Positions 17,229 through 26,450 of a stretch of DNA of 64,000 nucleotides are shown here, piece by piece (positions within the stretch are counted from its first letter, which is position 1; every line of letters begins with the position of its first letter). Below the pieces are notes generated by a model that saw nothing but the letters and a program-made list of their open reading frames with translations, was not told where the DNA came from and searched no databases. The DNA is from a virus, in the IMG/VR virus record IMGVR_UViG_3300002461_001194, positions 11,204 to 75,203 of that record; one strand, given 5' to 3'. The position numbers and the translations under genes are program-made.

Positions 17229-18257
17229 TCACGCTGCTGCTGCCTTGACGAGACTCAGGTGGACGTACCGTCCGGCACGTTGGGCTTCGAGTACACCAGC
17301 CTCGGCGCATCTTCGCCACCTCTTGCTGGCTTCGCTCTTCGAGATGTTGAGCAGAGCCGCAAGCTGATCATTCGTGACCGAGTGACCGAGGCCCGAAAGA
17401 GCCTTCTTGATGTCCTCGATTTCCTGGTCGGTACGGTCGCCCTTCTCGTTCTCGAACGACAGTGCCTTGGGAGCCTCGACCGGAATGGCCTTGGCTTCTA
17501 CGGACACCACCTCAAACACCTTCCGGGACCGAACACCGAGCCCGAAAAGCCAGATCGAAGCAAACTGGAACCCGATCGGAAGCGCGACCGGATCGGCCAG
17601 CTTCACGATGTCAGCAACCAGCTTGGGGTCATAGCCGACCTTGGCGGCAATCGCAGAGATCACCGACAAGCCCGCCTCGACCGGAGGCGCAGCCTTCGTG
17701 CCAGCAACTTCCGCCCGCAGCTTTTCAGCATGGGCTTGGCGCTGGTTGAACGTGAACGTCTGCGTCTTGCAGTTGTCAGACGTTGCGTTCCGCTTGCACG
17801 CTCCTGCCATCCAAGCCGAAGCCTGAGAGGCAAGCGAGCGTGCCCGCTTGTAGTCGTCGAAGAGGGCCATCTGCTTGTCGGCATCGAAGGACCGGCCAGC
17901 GTTGATGGTCTCCCGCGTGTCCGCCCGACGCTTCGTGGTTTCCACCACGATGAGGCCGGAGAAGAACACGGCGCAGACGGCGAGACCAACACAGGAGAGC
18001 ACCTTCGCTTCCTTGAAAGCCTGCCAAGCGCAGTGGGCACACACAATCGCGAGAACCACGAGGGGCATCGCAAGCGTATGCTCGAGGGTCCAATTGGCGA
18101 ACGTCCACTCGGGGCCGGATCCGTCCCGAACAATGAGAAGGAACTCGGCAAGCCCGGCAACGATCCCGCCGTACAAAGCGGGGCGGCTGTGGACATACCC
18201 CTTGGTCGTGTAGGGACGGCGTGCAAACCACCGCCGCTTCTGGTAGACGGTATCCAT
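17229..18257 (-). CDS. Multi-pass membrane protein with coiled coil and C-terminal wHTH
   Basis: Three N-terminal hydrophobic segments, Cys pair, a further TM segment, then VTNDQLAALLNISKSEASKRW; AAGGAG SD. Confidence 0.85.
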   Translation of the reverse strand: MDTVYQKRRWFARRPYTTKGYVHSRPALYGGIVAGLAEFLLIVRDGSGPEWTFANWTLEHTLAMPLVVLAIVCAHCAWQAFKEAKVLSCVGLAVCAVFFSGLIVVETTKRRADTRETINAGRSFDADKQMALFDDYKRARSLASQASAWMAGACKRNATSDNCKTQTFTFNQRQAHAEKLRAEVAGTKAAPPVEAGLSVISAIAAKVGYDPKLVADIVKLADPVALPIGFQFASIWLFGLGVRSRKVFEVVSVEAKAIPVEAPKALSFENEKGDRTDQEIEDIKKALSGLGHSVTNDQLAALLNISKSEASKRWRRCAEAGVLEAQRAGRYVHLSLVKAAAA

Positions 18258-18436
18258 AGGGTCAGTCTCCTTGGGTAAGAGCTTGGAGAGTGGTCTAGGC
18301 CTCGTTCAGCGTTGACGCGCTGGCGGGGCCGTCTTGTATTCAGCCCGGTATTTATCCGGGAAAGCCTGCTGATGCAGGACAAGGCGCACCGGGGTACGAT
18401 GCGCTAAGTGCTGCTCAGTGAGGCATTGGCGTTCGA

Positions 18437-18586
18437 TTATTGGCTCGCCCACTTTTGGGCCAGCTTAGCTGCCACATGCCAGTCGTCGTCGGTGACTGTG
18501 GCGGCCTTGTTATCCGCCGTCGCGAACCCCTTACGGACATCCACGGTGCGGAGGATTGAGAGAGCGAGTGTGCGCTTTGCAGCCAT
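18437..18586 (-). CDS. Small hypothetical protein (49 aa)
   Basis: Own translation: MAAKRTLALSILRTVDVRKGFATADNKAATVTDDDWHVAAKLAQKWASQ; AAGGA SD. Confidence 0.55.
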   Translation of the reverse strand: MAAKRTLALSILRTVDVRKGFATADNKAATVTDDDWHVAAKLAQKWASQ

Positions 18587-18652
18587 TGGTCATTTCCTTT
18601 CAGTGAAGTTACGTTACGAACTTCGGGGTGGAGCCCGTAGGCTCCGAGGGGA

Positions 18653-18904
18653 TCACTTGAACATCTCTTCGTCGCTCGCAAATTCGTACAGCTTGCGTTC
18701 AAGGGCTTCCAGACCGGCAGAGACCGTCTCATCACCAAAGATCACCAACTGGTACTCGGCAGGAGCGGCGCCGCCGCCCCAAGCGAAGATGTGCAGATCG
18801 GAGTCATAAACAAACCCCGGAGTCATCTCGCCGACATCAAGGCCAGTCGAGCCGCTGATGTCGTCCGTCCATTTGCGAGTTGCTTGGAATTGCTCAAAGG
18901 TCAT
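18653..18904 (-). CDS. Acidic hypothetical protein (83 aa)
   Basis: AAGGAGG SD before MTFEQFQATRKW. Confidence 0.75.
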   Translation of the reverse strand: MTFEQFQATRKWTDDISGSTGLDVGEMTPGFVYDSDLHIFAWGGGAAPAEYQLVIFGDETVSAGLEALERKLYEFASDEEMFK

Positions 18905-18996
18905 TCCAATCCTCCTTATTGACGTGGTTGCTCCACGCCGAAGTTCGCAGTTCCCATCGCCCCTTTGAGGACACCCGTTGCCGGGTGCCAGGAGTG

Positions 18997-19308
18997 TCAT
19001 GTGCTGAGCATGTTGTAGGCGTCTTGGCTCTCGTACCGGATGACTACTCCGCCGATTTCTTCGCCGCCCCACATGGGCCCGAGGACACCAGAGAACATCG
19101 GTTGGTCCTGAAGCTCGGAGCGCAGTTGCTTCCGCTTGCAGGGGCCGGTGTACTCATGGCCACGGACAGACATGGCAGGCACGACGTTGTCGGCAGTGAA
19201 GTCAGTCACGATCCAAGAGCCTTCGACGAGTTGAACAAGCCGATAGATGCAGCTCATGGGAGACCTCCAAAAGGGCGGGATGCCCTCAAAGGAGCGATGG
19301 GTCTTCAT
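18997..19308 (-). CDS. Hypothetical protein (103 aa)
   Basis: GGGGGAG SD; first sizeable ORF after the leftward promoter. Confidence 0.65.
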   Translation of the reverse strand: MKTHRSFEGIPPFWRSPMSCIYRLVQLVEGSWIVTDFTADNVVPAMSVRGHEYTGPCKRKQLRSELQDQPMFSGVLGPMWGGEEIGGVVIRYESQDAYNMLST

Positions 19309-19393
19309 TCCGGCCCGCCACTCCCCCCTTTGATCCCGATCTACCCTTGTCCGTCCCGGAAATGTCGGCTGGGGAGCCGTCGCCTTCAGTGTA

Positions 19394-19478
19394 AATATAT
19401 TGCACTCAGTGCAACGTGTCAACAGGGTCATCAAAATAAATTTGCACTCATTGCAATCAGCAGCCGATCGGCTATATA
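19394..19478. promoter_or_regulatory. Divergent promoters with two palindromic operators
   Basis: Leftward TTGACA (19422-19417)-17-TATATT; operators TTGCACTCAGTGCAA (19400-19414) and TTGCACTCATTGCAA (19442-19456); rightward TTGCAA-16-TATATA. Confidence 0.75.
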
Positions 19479-19485
19479 GGTCTCC

Positions 19486-19716
19486 ATGGAACGTGAGACC
19501 GAATTTCGCCGCTGGCGCCTCGCCATGGGCTTCACGCGCAGGCAAGCTGCGGAAGCGCTTGGGATTTCTCCATCGCACGCCGCCAACTACGACACGGGAA
19601 TCAACCGTAACGGCCTCGGCCCAGCCGCCCCCGGCAAGGCTGTCCGTATCGCGATGGCAGCCCTAAAGGAGCGTGCGGCGGATCATTGGTTGGGAGAGCT
19701 GGAAGAAATTTCTTGA
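19486..19716 (+). CDS. XRE-family HTH regulator
   Basis: FRRWRLAMGFTRRQAAEALGISPSHAANYDTG; probably leaderless. Confidence 0.85.
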   Translation: MERETEFRRWRLAMGFTRRQAAEALGISPSHAANYDTGINRNGLGPAAPGKAVRIAMAALKERAADHWLGELEEIS

Positions 19717-19736
19717 CTGAACCAGCAATATGGGCC

Positions 19737-19784
19737 TTGACGTTTATATTCGAATCACTCATGGTTCTGCTATCGGGTGATTCG
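19737..19784 (+). promoter_or_regulatory. Candidate rightward (late) promoter with two inverted TGATTCG sites
   Basis: TTGACG (19737-19742)-17-CATGGT; CGAATCA 19751-19757 and TGATTCG 19778-19784. Confidence 0.5.
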
Positions 19785-19976
19785 CGCCTCTAGAGCGCAT
19801 CGCCGACAAGCTAACCCCTTGAAATTCCGCAATTCCTTGATGGTCCGGTCACGCCGCGCCACCAATTTGCTTTGCAAAAACGTCGGATCAGAGCCGACCT
19901 ATCAAGGAATCCAAAGGCCGTCTGATCCCGGCCCCGGCTGTGCCAATGCGTATCAGCCAAGATGGAGAATGCCTCC

Positions 19977-20144
19977 ATGGATCAGAACAGCACGCTCATT
20001 CATCTCCTGACGCAGCTCGCCGAGGTCATCGACGGTCCTGAAGGGCCGGGCGGTGGTGCGATCTGTCTGGCGGCCGTAACCGCTATCGAGGAGCTTGAAT
20101 CCCAACGCCGTCGTCCGCCACGAGCCGACGACGAGCCAGCGTGA
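19977..20144 (+). CDS. Hypothetical protein
   Basis: GGAG SD before MDQNSTL. Confidence 0.55.
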   Translation: MDQNSTLIHLLTQLAEVIDGPEGPGGGAICLAAVTAIEELESQRRRPPRADDEPA

Positions 20145-20228
20145 TCACTGCCAGTGCTCCAGCATTCGGCACAACAAGGGCCACGGGGGGTGCCTCTCTC
20201 CCGTGGTCCGATTCATTTGCGAGGTGGC

Positions 20229-20555
20229 ATGGACGACTACTACAACTCTGACTTGGTCAAGCACGACTTAGAGCATCGCCTGCGCGTCAATCAGATCGCG
20301 CAGATGATCCCTGAGTTTCCGCACATCGCTCTGGGCATCCCCGAAACGATCGGCATGAGGTCCGGCCGCGCCGAACTTGCCCACGGGTTCGCTGCTGCGT
20401 TCGACGAGCATGGCATCCCGATCGAGATAGTGTTCGTGAACCCGACTGCGCCTCCGAAGAACCCTCAGATCATCGGCCCCACAAATGCGGTGACCGCCTC
20501 TGCTCGATATGCGGACGGCGCGACCGTTGAGTATTCGGCCGTGTGGTCGGACTGA
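20229..20555 (+). CDS. Hypothetical protein
   Basis: GAGGT SD. Confidence 0.7.
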   Translation: MDDYYNSDLVKHDLEHRLRVNQIAQMIPEFPHIALGIPETIGMRSGRAELAHGFAAAFDEHGIPIEIVFVNPTAPPKNPQIIGPTNAVTASARYADGATVEYSAVWSD

Positions 20556-20566
20556 CAGGCCCATTC

Positions 20567-20800
20567 ATGGACGAGAGCAACGTCATCCCGATATGCCTCC
20601 CCCACGGCACCCTTGCTCCGCTCGATCCGGACAAGGTGCTGTCAAAGGCGATTGAGGCTGGCCTCTCCGAAGTGATCGTCCTCGGTTACGTCAAGGATGA
20701 ACACGGCGATCAGGTTGAGTATTTCGCTGGAACTACGTCCGATCCGGCCACGCTTCTGCTGCTTGTCGAGCGCTTCAAGCGGGATGTCATCTTCCCTTGA
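20567..20800 (+). CDS. Small alpha/beta phage protein, resembles 42640-42909
   Basis: VLSKAIEAGLSEVIVLGY...LLLLVERFK. Confidence 0.7.
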   Translation: MDESNVIPICLPHGTLAPLDPDKVLSKAIEAGLSEVIVLGYVKDEHGDQVEYFAGTTSDPATLLLLVERFKRDVIFP

Positions 20801-21093
20801 AAAAGCCGCGCGTCATCGACGTGAACGAGGTTGATGCGTGTCTGAAGATCGCCGCCTACTTCGCGGTGCACGGTACGCGCGAGCAAAAGCAAGGCCGATT
20901 TCGACCCCGGAGTTCGCCCATGAAGAAGACTCGTTGGAGTGACGACTACGGCAACGTGGTCATCTCCTGCGGTCCCTTCAAGGCAGTTCGATCCGGCATC
21001 AAGAAGTGGCACCACGTATCGATCTGGCGCCTTCACATCTGGCGGCATCCCGGCACAGGGAAGCTGCTCCATTGGTACTGGGGACGCTCATGA
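20797..21093 (+). CDS. Basic, Trp-rich hypothetical protein
   Basis: Overlapping start/stop junctions on both sides. Confidence 0.6.
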   Translation: MKKPRVIDVNEVDACLKIAAYFAVHGTREQKQGRFRPRSSPMKKTRWSDDYGNVVISCGPFKAVRSGIKKWHHVSIWRLHIWRHPGTGKLLHWYWGRS

Positions 21094-21497
21094 CCATCGA
21101 TCCAAAGAAGGTCGCCAAGGAAGCCGTCGGCGCGATCTTCGACGACTACGAGGACGAGCGGATCATGTCTCGTGATCGCTGGGAAGCGGTCGTCGAGAAG
21201 GTTGTGAAGTCTCACGTCGATAGGCTGAAGCCTGGTTACGGTGGGTATGGCGTTGGAGCGTTCGTTGAAGTGAACCTGCCCGCCGACGAATTCGAATATT
21301 TTTTGCCCGAGGCAATCGGCAAGACGCTGCGGCCTAAAGATGCGCGGTGGTTTACGCTGGTTGACACGACGTACGATGTCAGACTGCCGGCGGGCACGCT
21401 GAAGCCGCTCGGCGACGGTGTACACGTCTTTCGGGAGTCCGACGTAGGCAAGACGTTCCGCGCCTTCGATCCACCACTACTGCCCGACGAGGACTGA
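21090..21497 (+). CDS. Hypothetical protein
   Basis: ATGA overlap at 21090. Confidence 0.7.
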   Translation: MTIDPKKVAKEAVGAIFDDYEDERIMSRDRWEAVVEKVVKSHVDRLKPGYGGYGVGAFVEVNLPADEFEYFLPEAIGKTLRPKDARWFTLVDTTYDVRLPAGTLKPLGDGVHVFRESDVGKTFRAFDPPLLPDED

Positions 21498-21501
21498 GCC
21501 C

Positions 21502-21975
21502 ATGGCAGAGCATCGCTCCGAATCCGACATCCAGTCCGTTATGCGCCATTACGACGGACAGATCGCCAGCCTCAACTATGAGGTCTCAGGAATCAAGGGC
21601 GTACTGTCGGAGCACGGGTCGATCCTCAATGAGATCCGCGGTGCGTTGGGTGATCTCAAGGTGCGGCAGGGGCCGGGCATAGGGTCAATGATGAAGGGCC
21701 TTGTTGCTGGCGGCGCACTCATCGGCATGAGCGCTGGCGCCATCACGGTTCTCGTCACGTCGTTCGTCGCACCCGACATCACAAAGCTCATGACCGAAGG
21801 CGTCGCCAACTCCCGCTACATCCAGCACCAGGAACAGAGCGACCGCAAGGAGCTGGCAGAGTTCCGCCGCAAGTCCGCCGACCGTCTCGAACAGCGCCTC
21901 GAAATGCTCGCTGGCGCGATCAATGAGTTTGGCCGGAAACAGGATTGGCCCACAACCGTTTCGCCCAGGAGATAA
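21502..21975 (+). CDS. Coiled-coil protein with one TM segment
   Basis: LVAGGALIGMSAGAITVLVTSFVA flanked by heptad regions. Confidence 0.75.
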   Translation: MAEHRSESDIQSVMRHYDGQIASLNYEVSGIKGVLSEHGSILNEIRGALGDLKVRQGPGIGSMMKGLVAGGALIGMSAGAITVLVTSFVAPDITKLMTEGVANSRYIQHQEQSDRKELAEFRRKSADRLEQRLEMLAGAINEFGRKQDWPTTVSPRR

Positions 21976-21978
21976 CCC

Positions 21979-22344
21979 ATGGCCAAGCCCGACTTCCCCA
22001 GCACGACCCCGCTTCAGCACTTTACCGCGGACATCGCAAACGGTGCTTCACTCTCTGAAGCTGTCGATATGGGTGGAACGACCCTCGTCGGTATTCAGAT
22101 GCCTGCAACGTGGACCGCTGCCGATCTCACCGTGCAGGCCGCAGCCGACGGCTCCACCTACGGCAATGTCTTTGACGCGGCTGGCGCGGAACTCGAGATT
22201 GCCGCCGATGCCTCGATCTTCATCCGTCTTGATCCTGCGGTCATGGCGCCGTTCTCGCACGTCAAGATTCGCTCTGGCACTGCGGGCTCTCCGGTAAACC
22301 AGGGTGGCGCTCGTAAACTGACTCTCGTCGGCCGGCTCATCTGA
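21979..22344 (+). CDS. Beta-rich virion-like protein
   Basis: 121 aa, AGGAG SD, IANGASLSEAVD...LVGIQMPATWTAA. Confidence 0.75.
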   Translation: MAKPDFPSTTPLQHFTADIANGASLSEAVDMGGTTLVGIQMPATWTAADLTVQAAADGSTYGNVFDAAGAELEIAADASIFIRLDPAVMAPFSHVKIRSGTAGSPVNQGGARKLTLVGRLI

Positions 22345-22346
22345 TC

Positions 22347-22763
22347 ATGGCCGCGCACCGCAGGCGCAACCTATTCGGACGGTCTTCGTCGTCCATGCTC
22401 CTGCTGCTGTCGTCAAGCGGGCCTGTCGTTCCGGTTCCGCGGATCGTCCTGTCAGCAAACTCGATTGCCGAGGATGCGTCTGTCAATGACGTCATTGGTG
22501 CGCTGTCCGTCGTCAATGGCAGCGGCTCGTACACGTTCACGAAAACCGCAGATCCCAGCAGCAAATTCAACATCAGCGTTGCTAACCTTCGCGTTGACGC
22601 TGCGCTCGACTACGAGACCGCCACGTCTCACAGCGTCACTATAGAAGCAGATAACGGAGTCGATGACCCGATAACACGGGTGTTCACGATCACCGTGACG
22701 GACATCGACGAGACGCCGCCACCCGGCGATTACGTTCCCACCTACTACTACCTGGGGTTCTGA
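22347..22763 (+). CDS. Cadherin-like domain protein
   Basis: SIAEDA...LDYET...ADNG...FTITVTDIDE cadherin signature. Confidence 0.85.
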   Translation: MAAHRRRNLFGRSSSSMLLLLSSSGPVVPVPRIVLSANSIAEDASVNDVIGALSVVNGSGSYTFTKTADPSSKFNISVANLRVDAALDYETATSHSVTIEADNGVDDPITRVFTITVTDIDETPPPGDYVPTYYYLGF

Positions 22764-22766
22764 ACC

Positions 22767-23450
22767 ATGGCAGTTCTCTCATCGATCAACGTCGACTCTG
22801 ACGGCATCCCATCAGCAGCAGGCACAGACAGCGTGCCGACATTGGTTGATGTGATAACCGCAGTTGAAGCCCTTGCCGCCCTCATTGATAGCGGCGCGTT
22901 GTTGACCAAGCTCGACCCGACGACCGTCAATGCCAATGGCCGGGAGGCAGCAGCAGATAGTGCGCCTGTCGTGCTCAGTACGGAAGACAAGACGGCGCTA
23001 GATGCGATCGTCACGGATGCTGCGGCTATCGAAGTTTTGCTTACGGGAATGGACGCTGACACCGACGCTATCAAGACGGCAACGCAGGCGCTTGGCACTG
23101 GCCTCTCTGTCTTCCGCTCTCTCGACCTCGATGAGACCGAGGAAGAAGTCAAAGCCACGGCCGGAAAGCTGTGGAAGCTCCGCATCACCAATTTCGCGAC
23201 CGCGCCCGTCTACGTGAAACTCTACAACGCCACCGCTGCCAACGTCACCGTGGGAAGTACGACGCCGATTGATACGATCGTGGTCCCCGCAGCTTCAGCA
23301 AGCGATGCAACGGTGCTGACTGAGACCTTCGGCGGCAAGGGGCTCACGTTCTCAACGGCGCTGTCGATGGCTGCCACCACAGCCCTTGCCGACGCAGACA
23401 CAGGCGCCCCAGCAGGCAACGCCTGCGTCGTCTCTGCCTATTACGAGTGA
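22767..23450 (+). CDS. Virion-like Ala/Thr-rich protein
   Basis: 227 aa; VKATAGKLW...YVKLYN C-terminal beta domain. Confidence 0.75.
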   Translation: MAVLSSINVDSDGIPSAAGTDSVPTLVDVITAVEALAALIDSGALLTKLDPTTVNANGREAAADSAPVVLSTEDKTALDAIVTDAAAIEVLLTGMDADTDAIKTATQALGTGLSVFRSLDLDETEEEVKATAGKLWKLRITNFATAPVYVKLYNATAANVTVGSTTPIDTIVVPAASASDATVLTETFGGKGLTFSTALSMAATTALADADTGAPAGNACVVSAYYE

Positions 23451-23457
23451 GGGATAG

Positions 23458-24615
23458 ATGACAATCGCATCAGTCATCAGAGGCCCTACGTATCCCGATT
23501 GGGCAACCGTGATCGAAACGGTGACAATCAATCAGGCGATGGGCACCGTCGACGCGGCAACAGAGAAAGTTGCTGTTCTGGGCCGGTTGCTCATCGAAGG
23601 CCGTGCCACCGGCAAAGTCATCTCGGCAGCGGGCGGCGGGTCTATTGCTTGGAGAGCCCAAGGCGTGACGTGGGCCAACGCATCGACGGCTCTCGATGTG
23701 GGCCTGCAAGACGTCGATCTTGCCTCGGGTAACCCGGCGCGACCAGACGGCACATTCGATGTCAAGAAAACCCTTGTGCCGGGAACGGATGCACTAGCTA
23801 ACGGCGGCGTCTCGACTGCAATGACGGGCGGAAGCGGCAGCAAAACGCTCAGCCACGGCGACTGGATCGCAGTCGTTTGGGACATGACGGCCCGTGCTGG
23901 ATCGGATGCCGTGCAGGTCGGGTCGATACAGTTCGGTGGCCCCGGTCTACCTTACGGGTTGACGCACAACGGCAGCGCTTGGTCCGCTGTTGCCAATCAA
24001 TATCCGCAAGTCGGAATCGTGTTCGACGACGGGACAAGAGCACAACTAGACGGGACAATTCCGCTGCTTCTCAGCTCAGCGGCAGAGAGCTTTGCGGACG
24101 CCACCAACCCAGACGAACGCGGCATGTCGTTCGAGATGCCGTGGGACACCGACATTGACGCAATTGTTGGTGCGTTCTCCGGCCTTGCGGCCAACGGTGA
24201 TTTCGAGTTTCAGATTTATTCTGACCCGTTCGGAACGCCCGCATCGGTTCTTCCCGGCGGCACGGCCATCGCCGTCACGGCGGAAAGCCTGCGCGCGTAC
24301 TCGGCCGGGTTGAGAACGATCTGGCCGCTTGTGACGCCGGTTTCGCTGACGAGAAACACCCGGTATGCCGTGACAGTGAAAGCCACTGGTGCGGGCAGCG
24401 CGTCGCTGGCAAGCTCCATGGTCCTTCATCACGAAGGATGGAAGCAGTTCACGTTTGGCGGCCTGAATGCGTCGAAGGTGACAAGGAACAATGGTTCTGG
24501 CGCGTTTACTGAAGCGGCGGACACTATCTACCCGCTCGGTGTGCGGATTTCGGGTTGGCACGATACAGACGGTGGAGGTGGCGGCGGTGCGCGTCAGAAG
24601 GTCTATGGTGGATGA
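23458..24615 (+). CDS. Beta-sandwich virion-like protein
   Basis: 385 aa, Gly/Ala/Thr-rich, coupled to the next gene. Confidence 0.75.
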   Translation: MTIASVIRGPTYPDWATVIETVTINQAMGTVDAATEKVAVLGRLLIEGRATGKVISAAGGGSIAWRAQGVTWANASTALDVGLQDVDLASGNPARPDGTFDVKKTLVPGTDALANGGVSTAMTGGSGSKTLSHGDWIAVVWDMTARAGSDAVQVGSIQFGGPGLPYGLTHNGSAWSAVANQYPQVGIVFDDGTRAQLDGTIPLLLSSAAESFADATNPDERGMSFEMPWDTDIDAIVGAFSGLAANGDFEFQIYSDPFGTPASVLPGGTAIAVTAESLRAYSAGLRTIWPLVTPVSLTRNTRYAVTVKATGAGSASLASSMVLHHEGWKQFTFGGLNASKVTRNNGSGAFTEAADTIYPLGVRISGWHDTDGGGGGGARQKVYGG

Positions 24616-26450
24616 TCCAGGCCTCGTCATCTGCGCGTGGTCTTCGCAACCGAACCATCCAGTGGAAGAACATTGTTGATGATTACGGCGCTGTGCCTGA
24701 CGGCGCCACCAACAATCTGACTCCGTTCAATAGCTGGCGTGCTTGGGCGCTTGAGCAGGAGGGATGGGTTGGTCTGAAAATGCCGGCTGGCAACTACGCC
24801 ATCACGGGCACATTCTCCAATGCCGGGCCTTACCCGATGGCGTTATCGCCATTCAACGGCATCAAGAAACTTGTTGTCGTGGGCTATGGCGCCGTCGTCA
24901 ACGTGTTCGGGAGCGCGGTGTCCAATACCGCAGCGGGCCGCGCGCTGATCCATACGGTCGACGCCGGGGAAGACACGATCGAACTGATCGATCCAGATGA
25001 TGCGGCGCTTTTCATCGAAGGCGCCATGGCCCTTGTTGCCGGCCTTGACTTGATGGGGTACGGCTACCCGCCCAACCCGCACTTCTTCGAGTGGGTTCGC
25101 ATTCAGTCTATCGATGGCGCGAACATCACATTCGACCGCCCGCTTAAGTATGGATACAAGGAAAACTGGCCAAACTACTTCATGGGGCATGGCTTCGAGC
25201 TTGGCGGCATAGGTGCCGCCAGCATCGTCCGCACAATTCCCGAGTGGGACGTCGAGCACGTTCTTTACGGCCTGTCTTCGGGAAATTATAGCGGCCAAGT
25301 CTACAGCTTCCTGAGAAAAATGACGCTGTTCGACGTCAAGAGTATCGGCCATGGCTGGGTTATGGGTGCCTGCGAGGATCACAAGATAATCAGCCAAGAT
25401 CACTCCGCAACGCTGATGGAGGTGGACAAGCTAACAAGTCGGGGCTTGCTCGAAAACTACGGGCCAGCAGAGAGGGCGATCGTAATCCAAAGCTCGTCCG
25501 TCGATGAGATGCACGTTAAGGGTGGCACGCGCACAATCAACGGCACGGCGCGCCACATGCTCGTTACTGGCGGCACTCGCACGAGCATCAATCTTGGTCC
25601 GATCGCTTACGGCATATCGGACGAGATCATCATTCGCGACGCCGAAGTGACAACCGGCATCGGCGGAACGCCGGGCATGGGTGTCCTGTTGAACGAGGAC
25701 CTGACGTACGAGGGTGATGGTGTTTTTAGATACACGGGCGACCTGCCGCCTCAGTGGCTCCTGCCCGGCGCAGTTGGTATAATTGCCACGGCTAACCCAT
25801 TCTATAAGCACTCACCGTTTCGGGTGCTTAGCGTCGAGTCGGATGGCGGCGAAATCGGCGATCCAGTTCTGATACAGACCACACTGGCCGGATCTGAGCT
25901 GCCAGCGGTCGTCGGCGTTGCGAATACGAACTTACTGCGTCACTCGGCGCCAAATCTCACCGTAATCAACTGCACGGGCTGCCCATCAGCGGAGGAACTG
26001 TCGCTGGTGCCGCCGAACTCCCCATATGGGATGTTCCGGCGCCGCACGCTCAACGGCCTCGTGCGTCAGAATTTGCTCGGCTTCACGATGGGCCGCCTCG
26101 TGCACGTTAAATTCAACGTGACACAAGCGTACACTGGTGTTGCCTCAAGTCTAGTTTGTCATCTCGGCGGATGGCTGCTGAACGTCGACATGGAGCCCAT
26201 TGCGCCTGGTGCCTACGTCAATCTCAAGGTGACAGGCGAGCGCATCGTAACGCCCGAAGGCGTCACCGGCACGCAATCCGGTGACGCCAACCTAGCTGGC
26301 CTCACCGGAGGCATATGGCTTCCGTATGACCAAGGCTTCGCGTTCTACATCGGCAGAAGTGGCGACTATGCTGCGGTCAACATTAGCGGCGAAGATCCAA
26401 GTGTTTGGCCGAGTGTCACCGTCGAGATTTTGACGGATCAGGAGTTCTGA
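24612..26450 (+). CDS. Tailspike or depolymerase-like protein
   Basis: NIVDDYGAVPDG motif typical of beta-helix spike N-termini; ATGA start at 24612. Confidence 0.7.
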   Translation: MIQASSSARGLRNRTIQWKNIVDDYGAVPDGATNNLTPFNSWRAWALEQEGWVGLKMPAGNYAITGTFSNAGPYPMALSPFNGIKKLVVVGYGAVVNVFGSAVSNTAAGRALIHTVDAGEDTIELIDPDDAALFIEGAMALVAGLDLMGYGYPPNPHFFEWVRIQSIDGANITFDRPLKYGYKENWPNYFMGHGFELGGIGAASIVRTIPEWDVEHVLYGLSSGNYSGQVYSFLRKMTLFDVKSIGHGWVMGACEDHKIISQDHSATLMEVDKLTSRGLLENYGPAERAIVIQSSSVDEMHVKGGTRTINGTARHMLVTGGTRTSINLGPIAYGISDEIIIRDAEVTTGIGGTPGMGVLLNEDLTYEGDGVFRYTGDLPPQWLLPGAVGIIATANPFYKHSPFRVLSVESDGGEIGDPVLIQTTLAGSELPAVVGVANTNLLRHSAPNLTVINCTGCPSAEELSLVPPNSPYGMFRRRTLNGLVRQNLLGFTMGRLVHVKFNVTQAYTGVASSLVCHLGGWLLNVDMEPIAPGAYVNLKVTGERIVTPEGVTGTQSGDANLAGLTGGIWLPYDQGFAFYIGRSGDYAAVNISGEDPSVWPSVTVEILTDQEF

